A stretch of DNA of 64,000 nucleotides from Ylistrum balloti (lineage: Eukaryota), in contig NW_026782193.1 in the NCBI RefSeq assembly GCF_031769215.1, forward strand, positions 1,054,001-1,118,000, written 5' to 3'. Shown one piece after another: positions 25,190 through 38,500 of this stretch. A model generated the notes under the pieces. That model searched no databases, was not told the origin of the DNA, and was given only the letters and a program-made list of their open reading frames with translations. Position numbers and translations under genes: made by a program. How positions within the stretch are numbered: position 1 is the stretch's first letter; each line of letters starts with the position of its first letter.

Positions 25190-26039
25190 TATAGTTAATT
25201 CTGGTTACAAAGAGAAGACTCATCTAAGGAAGAATCCATAAGGCTTCACAAAGAGTGGCATAACATTAAAAAAAGTATACATAAGTTCACATTTGGTTGA
25301 ACAGAAAAATCAATCTGTACTGTAAAACACAGCCAATTCTCCTGCAGCTGAATTCCATTTTCAGCAGATCAAGATTACACCTTACAGTAATAAAGAAATG
25401 CTATGAAAAGTTCAGCTGTTGTGTCACCATCATTGAATACAAGAAAAAGTGGACAGTACCTATGTCACATTTAGTCCTGGATCATTGCAAAACACACAAC
25501 AGCTGACAACAGCATCACCTGTTACACCTGTTGTTGAAGCTTATAGGCAAACACATCCAGAGGTCACATTGGTGCTATAAGGTCAAGAACCATCACAATC
25601 TGATGTCCACTACATCAGTGTATAATTTATTTAAGAGTAGATAGAATTGGTGCTATACTCTTCATTGGCACTTTGTCCACTACACCAATTCAATTCATAG
25701 GATTCATAGCAGACATCATCACAATTTCGATTCTGTAATGAAAGACCATTTTGTGTTTGATCACAAGAAATCCATAATATATCACATAGAAGTTCAGGAA
25801 CAATGACTGAAACACTTGTTTCTAGCACTGTTACATCATATCTAACTTCACTGGCTTACAGGGTATCTTACTTAGTTGCAGAACACCTGTCCAATGGTTC
25901 CCTACATTCTGGTAAATTGTTCACTGATGCCTGTATCATTCGTTTATATCTTCCACATTGTACATCACATAATTCTCTTGCATTGATCAGTAACATGTGT
26001 CCACTGATTCTCTTCTTTCTCACAAAATATTCTGTTACA

Positions 26040-26185
26040 CTGTTCAATGTTCAGTGATGCCTGTCCATTGGTTCTCTCCTTCCACAAACAATGAACATTC
26101 TGTAACATTGTTTGATGTTCAGTGATGCCTGTCCATTGGTTCTCTCCTTCCACAATGAACATTCTGTAACATTGTTTGCAGCACC
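26040..26185. repeat. ~65-bp tandem duplication in the KHDC4 3' UTR region, with more degenerate copies to its left
   Basis: TTCAGTGATGCCTGTCCATTGGTTCTCTCCTTCCACAA...TGAACATTCTGTAACATTGTTTG occurs twice. Confidence 0.75.
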
Positions 26186-26518
26186 TTGCCATCAGTTCTT
26201 TTCTTCCTCGTTTAACATTCTTGTTGCTTAACTCATCCACAGATTCCAGTCTTAACTGGGTCTTCCTTCAAGACATTGAACTTTCTCTTGGAATCACAGT
26301 CCTGATATGAGTCCGTCAAACACATGGTTTCTTTCTTCACGGAAAACCTTTCTCATCATTTTCCATCATTCATGGAATCCTGCGCTCACTAGGTTAGCAA
26401 ACAAGACAATGAATGTTCTCTGGGCATTTTGCAGGAATGGAATGCATAATTGTCCTTTATGCATTATCCTTACTACACCAGAGGAGACAGCCTTTTCCTC
26501 CTACAGAAACATTCTATA

Positions 26519-29500
26519 TCAATTAGGCATCCAGAACTGTATAGGAGGCTGTGGCTGCATGCTACTATTTGGTGGGGGAGGAGGTGGCAGTGGTTGCTGA
26601 GGTTGAAACTGCTGTCCAGGGCCAGGGGCGAACTGTGGAGGATTTTGAGGGGCATATTGGGGGGCAAACTGAGACTGATTTGGTGGGGGTGGCGGTATAT
26701 TAGCAAAGCTTGGAGGTGGTGGCTGGAGCTGTTCTTGTGGTATTCTCTGGCCCATTCCTGGATGTGGGGGTGGCATCTCCTCTGGAGTGGGAAGACGCTG
26801 CCCTGGCAAAGGCATGATTTGCTCCCCAGGAATCCTCTGTATAGGAGGTGGGGGCCCAGCCACTGTAATAGCCTGTGAGACATTGACAAACTGTGGAGAA
26901 GGACTTGGTGAGGAGTGTTGAGGATATGGGTGAGCCTGTTCTTGGCCTGGGTTGCCAGCCAGCTGTGGCTGTGGGTAAGGCTGATTGGGAGGGGGCTGAT
27001 TTGGGAAGGGCACTTGGGGCTGGAGTTGGTTGATCTGCATTATCTCCTGTTGTTGCTGAGCATTTGGAGACTCTGGGAGTGGGGGATACTGTCCCTGTGG
27101 AAACTGTTCCTGTGGAGGTGGTGGAGGAGGCATTCCTTGTTGCTGAGGAGGAGGGGGCATGCCCTGTTGTTGGGGTGGGGGAGGCATGCCCTGTTGTTGG
27201 GGTGGCAGGATGTGCTGTTCAATACCTGGGGGCAGACCCTGCTGTTGAGGAGGTGGGGGTAACATGTGAGCTTCCCCAACAATAACAGGAGCAGCCTGCT
27301 GGTAGATCTGTGGAGCATTGGAATACTGGTTGTATTGATATTTCTGAGCCTCCTTCTGCTGTTGCTTCATTGAAGAATTGATTTCATCATCATCTTCATC
27401 TGAACCATAGGCTGCAACAAAGATCAAACAACATCTTTTATCTGGTCAATTTAACTTTTGTCATTTACTAACATCACTTTCCCTCCTTAAATATAATAAA
27501 TTGTCTGAAATATGATATTTAAATACAAAAATAAAAACAACTAGGGATTACAGGTGATTTGTGAAAAATATGAACCCATCAGGTCTAACCATTAGGCTGA
27601 ATCTGTATATGTGTTATGTTTAGTCTAAAAAGTTCGGTCAAAATTGTTATTAAGGTTTATCCAATATTTCCCCGTCTACACTGATATCCCTACACCAATG
27701 AGATGCTTACCTGAGACACTGCCTAATGCACCTTTGGACTTTTTCCTCTCCATTCCACCTTGCCTATCACCTCCTTGTCTTTTTAAATTCATTCCTGGAG
27801 AGAAAGATATTAACTTTAAGCATTCTATTGAAAATTCTGTCATCATCGAGTGTGACATTCCAATTGAGTGATTTCTCTGGATGATGACATGTATAATGAG
27901 AAATTTTAAAGCTTAACACAATTGGACAACATGGTAACAAAGATATTAAAAATGCTATCACAGAAAAATCTTTGGTGAAAATATTAATCTCCTGAAGATA
28001 AAAAACAATAACTTCCAATTCAAACAGAACAGCAATCGTGAGTGAAAGTCATCCATTGCTAAATACTTCCCCCCTCTCCCATGTCTATAAAATAAGAAAA
28101 TAGATGTCATGGTTGTATTGGTGATGGAATGATGTATCAAATTTCATCAATTTGGATCAATGTTTAAACTTCGACCAATTAGAGGTCATTGCAGCCATGT
28201 TTAATGTCATGTGACAAAAAAAAATAAAAAAATGTCAGGAAAGAAAAATAATCATGACAAGAGATCCCAGAGGGATCTTGGCGCCCACCATTTGAGGATC
28301 TGTTTTCAGTTCTTGAAGATTTGTTTATTTTTTTTTGTTTGTTACAGGTGTTGTAAATGTTCATGAACTGGTCTTCATTGAATGTACTCAATGATGGCAC
28401 AAGACATTTTTATTAAGCACCTATTTGCAAATATCATTTGAAAAAAAACCCAAAGTATTATTAGATAGCAGTCAGTTACAGGTGGATAATGGACAATATA
28501 CTTGTGCTGTATTACTGTTGACATCCAAGATGGCTGCCTGTGGGCCACCTTGATTTCAAATCAGTCTAAAAAAGGTACAAGGCACAACTAGGGACCAAGG
28601 GAAACCAATATCTATGAAACATCAGAAGGATCCATCCAGTACTTCCTCAGATATAGCAGTAACAAGATTTTACTCTCAAAATCCAAGATGGCTGCCTGTC
28701 AGCCATCTTGATTTCGGATCAGTCCAAAAAGGTATAATGCACAACTTGGAACCAAAGGGAACCTGCATATGAAATTTAAGAAAGATCCATCCGTACTTTC
28801 CAAGAAATAGCAGTAACAAACTTTTACATTCAAAATCCAAGATGGCCACCTGTCTGCCATCTTGAATTCGAATCAGTCCAAAAAAGGTACAATGCACAAC
28901 TAGGGACAAAGTGGAAACTGCATATGAAATTTGAGAAAGATCCATCCAGTACTTTCCAAGAAATAGCAGTAACAAACTTTTACTTCCAAAATCCAAGATG
29001 ACTGCCTGTCGGCCATCTTGAATTCGAATCAGTCCAAAAAAGGTACAATGCACAACTAGGGACCAAGGGGAAACTGCATATGAAATTTGAGGAAGATACA
29101 TCCAGTACTTTCTCAGAAATAGCGGTAACAAACTTTTACTTCCAAAATCCAAGATGGCCACCTGTCGGCCATCTTGAATTCGAATCAGTCCAAAAAAGGT
29201 ACAATGCACAACTAGGGACAAAGTGGAAACTGCATATGAAATTTGAGAAAGATCCATCCAGCACTTTTCCAGAAATAGCGGTAACGTACGGACGTACGGA
29301 CGGACAGACCACGGACGCAGGGCGATTTGAAAAACCCACCATCTAAAAAAGGAGAATTAAGAAAGGGAACAATAACATTGTCCAACTGATTTCATCTGGA
29401 GTGACTTATCATAAACATTGAACTGTGACTTACCAGGTAGTGGGGGAGGAGGCATTAGTTTTTTGTCCTGGTCTGATATCTCCTGATTCGGGGGATGAGG

Positions 29501-32500
29501 AGAGCTGGGAGCATGTGGTGACTGTTGAAGACCATTACTACTGACTCCTCCAATGATATTCCTGAGATTATAGATTATTATATAGAGAATACATGGTCAA
29601 TGTCTTAAAACATAAGCTGTATTTTGGAGAGGGTAACTACTGGTAGCCATTTCTGTCTTTCCATCCAGAGTCAAAATGCAGTTTATATTCTTACATAATG
29701 ACCACATATTCTGTTTATCCTGCAACAATTCTGATAATTCCGGCTATTGAAATTTAAAACAGTTCTTATTCAATCTTTGTTTATGCTAAAATTTGCTAAA
29801 TGATATATGCCAAAATAATTGTTTTCTTTTGAAATATAGCTCTAAATTTCAACTATTTTATGTATTTTCATAAACTTGTTCCTTACAACAATCTGCTTGA
29901 TTAATCAGTTATTTGTGCTTCCAAATGTAATATTTAAGTAAATCAGAAAGTTACTTTGTCAATTTAATGCTAAAATAGAGCTGTTTTCTGTCACTGCCAA
30001 ATACAGAGAAAATGAATTTGGAAAGTGTATTATGCTGATAAGGACATTTCAGCAGTAACCTAAAATCACAGAACACCAAAAACATGACATATCTTAATCA
30101 TCTAATAAAGATTACTAATCTACTAGATTACAAAAGGGCTAAAAGCATTATTATGTAGTTTTGCCTTGGCTATATGAATTGCAATAATTTTCCTAATTTA
30201 TCATAACTGCTCAATAACAGCTCAATAAAAATCTTCACATGTATCTCTTTTACCAACAAAATGTTATATGGTTCATTAAGTGAAATTGACAATAGACTTA
30301 CCTATTTTCTTCAACAGGCAAGCCAGGTGGAGCCACCGACACCATTGGCAACCCAGGGGGAACACCATGCATTCCAAGAGGTGGCACATCCCCACTTTGA
30401 GGGGGAGAGATTTGAAGTTGTTGTTGAGGCATAGAGGTGTTGGGAGGTGGGGGCCCCTGTACCACTAAATTTGTCAGATGAGGCGGACCATGCTGAAAAA
30501 TTTCACTTGTTTTATAAGCGTTGTTTCTCAAAGAAAATCAAATACATGTCACTAAAAAATCTTGCCCAAAAAAACTGTTATCTTTGAGTTCTACCTAAAT
30601 TGGTTCTTGTGTCTGTAGCTTGGTGATAATAGAGGACATCAGTAAATCAGTCAAACATACAGTAGGGATCTGGCAGACATATGTCACTGTTCTGGTTTTC
30701 TTTGTAATCAATGTTCATTGCTAAACATTAGAACTATTTTACTTTCTATTCTTACATCACTGCAGATATTCAATATATATACAGGTATATCTTTAATTGA
30801 AACATCTTGATTCATCCAACATTTTATTTTCCTGCCAAATACTGTTCCCATTTATATCCAAAGTACATAAAATTGGTTGTGTCTATAATGATTTCTACTA
30901 TGAATGGTGATTTCATTGGCATCAGAATGATTAGAGTACAGGACATACTTCATATCCTAATAAATTCTCTGGTACTTTTTCTTCCTGTTTTTCCTCAGTA
31001 AATCTCCTCTTTGGCTCCTCTCGAGGCATAGTTGAGTATGTGTATGTTGACGAAGTGGTAACTATCATTGGTGCAGAGGTTGCAAAAGTCATAGCAGGAC
31101 TTGACTGGCCATTCACCTATTTGAAATAGGTAAACAAAAGAGATAAACAAATATGAAAAATTTATTTCAATCCAATAAAACAAAGGTAAAAAAGCTAATC
31201 TCACAAGCTAATTTTAAAGGTTTAATGAAAACTGAACCTCAGCCCATAAAACTGAACTGTTTTTGGTTAGAATTGCTTTTTTCCAATTATGCAATGATGA
31301 TTAAATAATGCAGCATTTTTGTCTCACCTGGGCATATATGGAGCTTGGTGGGAGAGGCTGAGGAGGGGCACCCCATATAGGCACTGGCTGAGAATGTGAT
31401 ACCAACTGTAATTCTGGCTGCATGGTTGTAACCAAGGCTGTTGTAGGTACAGGTGCCTCTATCTGAGGAGGACCCATGGGGGCCAGAGTGGTCAACTGAT
31501 GGGGAGGTGGAGGGCCTGTTGTCTGGACCAGAACCTGAGGAGGTGGGTGTGCCCCTGTAACAGATGTCCCTGTTCATACAAACAATTCCAGTAATTATTA
31601 TAACAGTAAACAGTGAAACTCCTTTAAATATGCCACAATTGTTTATTGATAATAAAGCTTTCAGGAAAGCTATTTCATAAAATAGCATATAACTAAACCA
31701 AAATTGATTATGACAACTATTTTGTTACACATATGTTTTTTTTTGTTTTACTTTAACATACTCCAGGTCTATATACATATGTATTTACAGAAACCAGCAG
31801 ACAATAAAACTGAACTCTCTCCTCTCTCATAAAAGTAAGACCAATGTTGTTTTATAAAACTTCATTTCAGGTAGTCACATGATAAGTATTGTGGCCTTAA
31901 GTTTCCTGAAACTTACAAGATATGAAAAGCCCTATACACATTAATAATAGTTTTTACTCAAGTGCTCATCATTTTTACATTATCTGTCAACTAACAATTA
32001 TTGAAGGCTTTTATTTTGCAAACTTATTGCCCAGACACATTTTGAGGTGGGGTCTGCTTGTTGTAGTAGGTGGCCACCTCTTGCAATATTGTAACACTAA
32101 ATATAACAAAGTAGCTTCTAACTTTCATGACACTTGGCTTTCTTGAAAAATAGATTTTATCCACAATATGTAATATGTTAAAACGATGAGTCTGTATGTC
32201 TATATACTATTAAGCACAAAGCTCTAGAACTTTGTTGATGCTTTTTATTTTTTCTTTTAATTTCTTCGTTCTTTTAATAACTCCTATGAATTGCATGAAA
32301 TGCCTTCATTGACAAACCTACCTGGTGCAGCAGTGAACACAGTAGTGGATGCAGCTAGGGCAGAGCTAGAGGGCATCACCACTGATGATGCTACTTGGTT
32401 GACTAGTCCAGGGAAGGAAGTGACTGGTTGGAGACCTACAAAATGAGCAAATCTGTTTTTATTACTGTAATCTTGACTACACCAGCATTTACCTCAAACC

Positions 32501-35500
32501 CAACTGGCTATATACTGAAGTTTGATCTTTTCTATTCTTTCTAAATCATCACTCGTAAAGACAGGCATTGCAGTAAATAAATTATGTGCTATCATGTTAG
32601 AAAGTTTCTACCATTATGTTGGAAACATCCTATTAAATTGAGGTCCTTGTTTGATCTACTTAAAACCCATACTTGGTGTACAATTTAAAATGTATAAACC
32701 ACTTGTAGAACCTACACCTGTATTTTGTTAATGCTTGATAATCATCCTCTGCAATATTACTTGAATAACTAATTCAAAACTCATGAAACACCTACTGCAT
32801 ACAACGTTTTGTCTCAGCATCCTATTTTTTAAGAACCAGTGAGTGGCAGCCATCCTTTAGTATAGAACAAACCTGGGTGGCTCTCTACCATATTGTCACA
32901 GTCAGCTGGCATTCTATGGAATCCTTTTAAAGGACATATTAGTGGCAGCAACCCTTACACATACCTGGATGGCTCTGAATTGGTGGCTGTGCAACAGATG
33001 TTAGAGTGGCTATTCCTGGCTGTTGACCCATCATACCTGGAGGTGCTGTTGTTAGCATAGAAACACATGCAATTAACAATAGAACATTCATGAGGTAACA
33101 TCACAAAAAAAACAACAACAAAAAAAATTAACATCAGAACAAACCAATGCTGGAGAATGATATTAATAGCAAAGTATGATTCTTCTGATTTTTCCTGCAA
33201 GAAGAATTAGATCACCTGTTGAGAAATTATTTGAAAAATTATTGAAGAAAACCTGGATAGAAAAGAACAAAATAAAGATAGAAAAGATACACATTAAACA
33301 CACAAGAATATTTATATAGTAAAAATTCTTAGTCTCTTATATAGCAATTACAATTTTTCCTACAGAAACATGTGTCTTTCTATTGAACACAAATGAAACA
33401 CACAAACTGGCTGAATTCTGCAACATCTGGAATATCAAAACAAACTCTGAAACATGGGAAAATATAAGAACCAGAAGCAAAAATGTTCCTCAGAATATTT
33501 GGTGGCAAGAAAAATCTTAATTACCTGGTAACATATAAGAAATAATCAGAGAAATATGTTAAGCACACAAAAATATTATTGAAAACCAATTCATAATGTA
33601 AGTTCTATGATATATCCATCACAATAGTACAATATACACTCCTTATGGAGATATACAACATATATAAATACAATACTAAGGAATGTTTTGTTATTTTTAC
33701 ATTTTGTAAAAGTATCATTAATCATTTTGCACACAAGCATATCTGTGTTCTTATAGACAAATGGATCAACAAAAATCAACTGATACGATTACATACTGAC
33801 CAGACACAGTCAGTGTAAATAACACCATTAGCACAATAATTTTAGCATTCCAGTACATCATGATCAGCTAGCTGACAGGATTACCTATGTTAAGGTTTTG
33901 GTATTTATCTATAACCTCCAACTTTGGGTCCAGTTTATAAACATATTCAAATATTGATTGATAAATTCCATAAATGGACCTGTTTTTGGATGTCTCGATA
34001 TCTTGATTTCAAAGAAGCTGGAAGGTTAAATATGTCGTTTCGTGTTTATCACACTTCCAGAACACTCCATCAACCAAATATCTTTGGTTATAAAATTAGA
34101 GGAGGAAACATCATATATTTGACTCTTTTCCTTAAGTCAAAGTTCTTGTTTTTGTTCTCAAGGCTTTTCTAGATCTGTAGACCAATTTTTCTATTGGAGA
34201 GGAATATAAGTATGGTGATGTTAGGTCCATTCTTATCTATCTCTTATTTTATCTCCTAACATTATCTATCTCTTATCTTATCTCCTAGCATTATCTATCT
34301 CTATCTCCTAGCATTATCTATCTCTATCTCCTAGCATTATCGATCTCTATCTCCTAGCATTATCTATCTCTATCTCCTAGCATTATCTATCTCTATCTCC
34401 TAGCATTATCTATCTCTATCTCCTAGCATTATCTATCTCTATCTCCTAGCATTATCTATCTCCTATCTTATCTCCTAGCATTATCTATCTCCTATCTTAT
34501 CTCCTAGCATTATCTATCTCTATCTCCTAGTATTATCTATCTCCTATCTTATCTCCTAGCATTATCTATCTCTATCTCCTAGCATTATCTATCTCTATCT
34601 CCTAGCATTATCTATCTCTATCTCCTAGTATTATCTATCTCCTATCTTATCTCCTAGCATTATCTATCTCTATCTCCTAGTATTATCTATCTCCTATTAT
34701 TATCTATCTCCTATCTTATCTCCTAGTATTATCTATCTCCTATCTATCTCCTAGTATTATCTACCTCCTATCTTATCTCCTAGTATTATCTATCTCCTTT
34801 CTATCTCCTAGCATTATCTATCTCCTATCTTATCTCCTAGTATTATCTATCTCCTATCTATCTCCTAGTATTATCTATCTCCTATCTTATCTCCTAGCAT
34901 TATCTATCTCTATCTCCTAGCATTATCTATCTCTATCTCCTAGCATTATCTATCTCTATCTCCTAGCATTATCTATCTCCTATCTTATCTCCTAGTATTA
35001 TCTATCTCCTATCTATCTCCTAGTATTATCTATCTCCTACCATAACAGACTTACGACGAGATACAAACAGAGTTGTGTGTCAACAAGTAGCCTCTAGTTA
35101 CAACTTAAGTCCTGGAGACTGTTCTGTAGACAAATTTTCTATAGGAGAGGCGTATAAGTATGGTGATATCACTACTATACACCAACCTTCTTACTCTCCT
35201 GCTACACCAAGACCCAAGTCTTGTATAAATATTTGTGTGGATATGTTACAAATGTGAAAACATATCAATGATTTGACATCTGGAGTAGTCTTCTTTTGTT
35301 TTCTAACAAGGGATAAGAATTCATCTCTGAAATTCAGAAACAAACTGCTGCAGCCATTTCCTAGTACTGACTATCAAATAAATAAATACAGTCAAATCAC
35401 CAGCGTCATAACTAAGTCTGAATACTGACAGCCTGGACTAAACATTTCAAAAGCAAAAAGATTAGGCCTGAAATCAAGATCAAATAACCAAATCTGTAAC

Positions 35501-38500
35501 AAGAAACAACTTCCGAGTCGAAAATTTCCTGGTAATAAGATTTCAGTAACACATATACAGATGCATGACTTTCATTTCTTCTCCTAAAATACAGTTGATA
35601 TGAAATAAAATTAAAGAAAAAATATGATTGAGATCAGTAGATTTGACAGCTAGTTGTAAGGAAACAAATTTCAAATCAAAGATCAAAGGACTCCTTCAAC
35701 TCAAGAAACTGATAGGACTGACCCAAAAGAATATGAGGTGGAAGAAAACATATCTCATACTGTAATACTAAAGTAAATGCGAGGGGTCCTTAATGTTAAG
35801 GAGTACAAGCCTTAGAAAAAAAAAGAAAATATCAAAAGGATCTGAACAAACAAAAAACTTCAACCTGTGTTCTTCAGCTTCTACCTCGAAATGCCTATGT
35901 GTAGTGCAATCAAAACTGCTACTGCCAGAATTGCCCCTATTAATCTGATCTTGTACTCCAAGAACATATAGAACAGTAAATTTTGAAAGAAAATATAAAG
36001 TGAAATACAGGGTAACCCAAAGTCCAGGACATTGCACTGAGGAGTGACATCTTTTTCTTCTCATTATCAGGACCAGCCATCACCTACAAATAAAACATAC
36101 CATAACACAGTTGCTGCCTTACCACCTTGCCACAGGTGGCAGATGGAAACGTACTACCTGAGCTGCTGGGAAGGCACTTACACTGATGTGGAATGCCGGC
36201 GAGAATGGTGGCCGGTCCTGGGGCTATGGTTGGCGGCATGGCAACCAATGCCTGCTGAAACTGGGCATAATCGTGTTGTACCTAGAAGAGAATAAGTGTT
36301 CTGGCATGATTACCGCTCCATTGGACTACAAACCAGAAGTTATGTATAATTTGTTGACACCAGTGGATGTCACATTAACCTGTTTAGGTATACATATTGA
36401 TATCATCAATAACACCAGACAAACACATTCACAAGGACAACCTTCCAAACATCAACCCTGTATCAAAGGCTTTCTGAAAACTTCCTGTTTCTCTATTAAA
36501 GTTCAGAATACTGTTCTATCAGATCATTTTTCAGATAATTAAGATTTTGAACTGTGATCGGAAAGGTGTCCAAATTTCCAACCCTAAGGTTCTATATCAT
36601 CACACAGATCTCTTCCCTTTTAAATGAAAGTCATGTTTCTAAGAAAATATACAAGTTTGACAAAAATTAATTTATGAACTTTCTACAGTACAGTATTTCT
36701 GTGAACATTATTTACAATGCAGGAAAACTTAGATACATTCTTTGTCCTTCGGAAACTTTAGGACTTTCGAAATGAGGAAAAAGAACTTGTATGATAAAAT
36801 TGATTCACAACTGTTTTACATCAGCCAGAAAGGGTGAGCTAGTGAAAGCAAGTGATAATAGAAAAACACAAAAAAAACAACAGTTAAGCATGCTTGAAAG
36901 AATTGTAACATGAACTATTACAGCTGTTAATGTAAGGATAAAACTCAGTTAATTTAAAACCATTTGTTGCCTGATAAAGCATGACTAGCTACAGTAACTA
37001 TGTTAAATGATTAAGTGTGCTTCTGTAATAATTCTACTTCATTTTTTTCCCAAACATCGTTGAGTATTGTTTATTTTGTATATAAGTATTGTGTAACAGG
37101 AAAAACTCTTTAAAACATGAATGCCCTCATTCCTTTGCCTATCAAAACCTGAAAGGCGATACTTGATGTTATGATACTATGGAGTAAATATGAATCAAAT
37201 CTGTTGAGAGGTCCTCATGGGACACAAAAGGATATGACAATGTGACAGACTGACATGGGTATTACTGTATAAATGTGAGGGCATAAAAAAGCAGGGGATC
37301 ACAAAGATATATTCAAACCCTCTGGTACAAGTGATTTTTAACTTAATCTGTTGAGGGCTCATGAAGTATCCTGTACACAAGCTTTTTATTTCAAATGTGG
37401 TTAGCTTACAATTGTGTCCAAATGATCCTTTAGCCTTGGCTAATAACCTACAAAATCTAACAGGTTAAGATCTGAATTATGTGACAATATGGTGTGAGTA
37501 TAAGTCTGCGTAGGTACTAATGCAACAGCTTATACACAAGCTTTTTTATTTCCAAAGCTGTTAAATGTGACTTGTGTCTAAATGGTCCTTCAATCCTGAC
37601 GGTGTGATATTTATAAAATCTGGTGAGAGTTCATGCAATATCTTCTGTACAGAAATATTTTCTATATGAAGTTTGTGTTACAGACAGATAAGCCTCAATA
37701 CTCGTGGGGTTATGCTCACAATTGCTATCTGCATCCCTTACACATTTCTTGACAAAAATTGCAGGTTCAAGGTGCAACACCTTGTGGATAAAATGAGAAG
37801 ATTAGTTTGGTCCTTTGATGTACATCATGAATCAACGAATGTTGTACTGGCTTTAAAGTTGGTTGTCACTCCTTTATAATTTTCAAAGAAGAATGTCAAT
37901 CTGTGATTGATCTTTTTTTCCTCCTGAATCCCAGTATAGACTTATCAAATTACTTTGTGCCTTCAATTTTGCAAGGAAATGTTCCAGGGGTACAGAGAGC
38001 AAATGTGATCATAACCCCTGGAGTATTGAGGATGGTTCCAGGGGTACAGAGAGCAAATGTGATCATAACCCCTGGAGTATTGAGGATGGTTCCAGGGGTA
38101 CAGAGAGCAAATGTGATCATAACCCCTGGAGTATTGAGGATGGTTCCAGGGGTACAGAGAGCAAATGTGATCATAACCCCTGGAGTATTGAGGATGCAGA
38201 CAGATTGACAAAGCAATTTCCTGAATACTTTTCTACTTTTCTGCAACAAATGTTGGTACAAATAATTCTTATGGTAGAATCAACAGCAGGCAGACACTTT
38301 GTGTGCTACTGCAGAAAATGAGGGAAAGCCATAAGGAATAATTGAAAGCTAATTCACAACAGCCAAAATTTCCAAACAGCATCAAATAAAGAGGCATGAG
38401 AGTAAGCCATTTGCAGTTAAGAATAACTGGCAATTCAATGAAAGCTATTTTTATTTTGCCAAACTGTGATAGAGCTGATCTAGCTAAAAGCATGCCACAG

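Noticed and set aside
25965-26359. Possible stop-readthrough or selenocysteine ORF in the KHDC4 3' UTR
   Set aside because: On rechecking, the upstream ATG frame hits TGA and then TAA and is not in frame with the 91-aa GTG-initiated ORF, which is largely built from the 65-bp duplication.
26450-27318. Several 70-140 aa plus-strand and alternate-frame ORFs
   Set aside because: Shadows of the GC-rich Pro/Gln last exon of KHDC4.
29695-29719. 25-nt frameshifting microexon candidate (ttgcag|...|gtaaga) in KHDC4 intron 15
   Set aside because: The flanking exons join in frame without it, and such site pairs arise by chance; no further support.
37981-38196. Hairpin-containing direct repeats resembling a CRISPR array
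   Set aside because: Units are contiguous and identical with no unique spacers, there are no cas genes, and the context is a eukaryotic intron.
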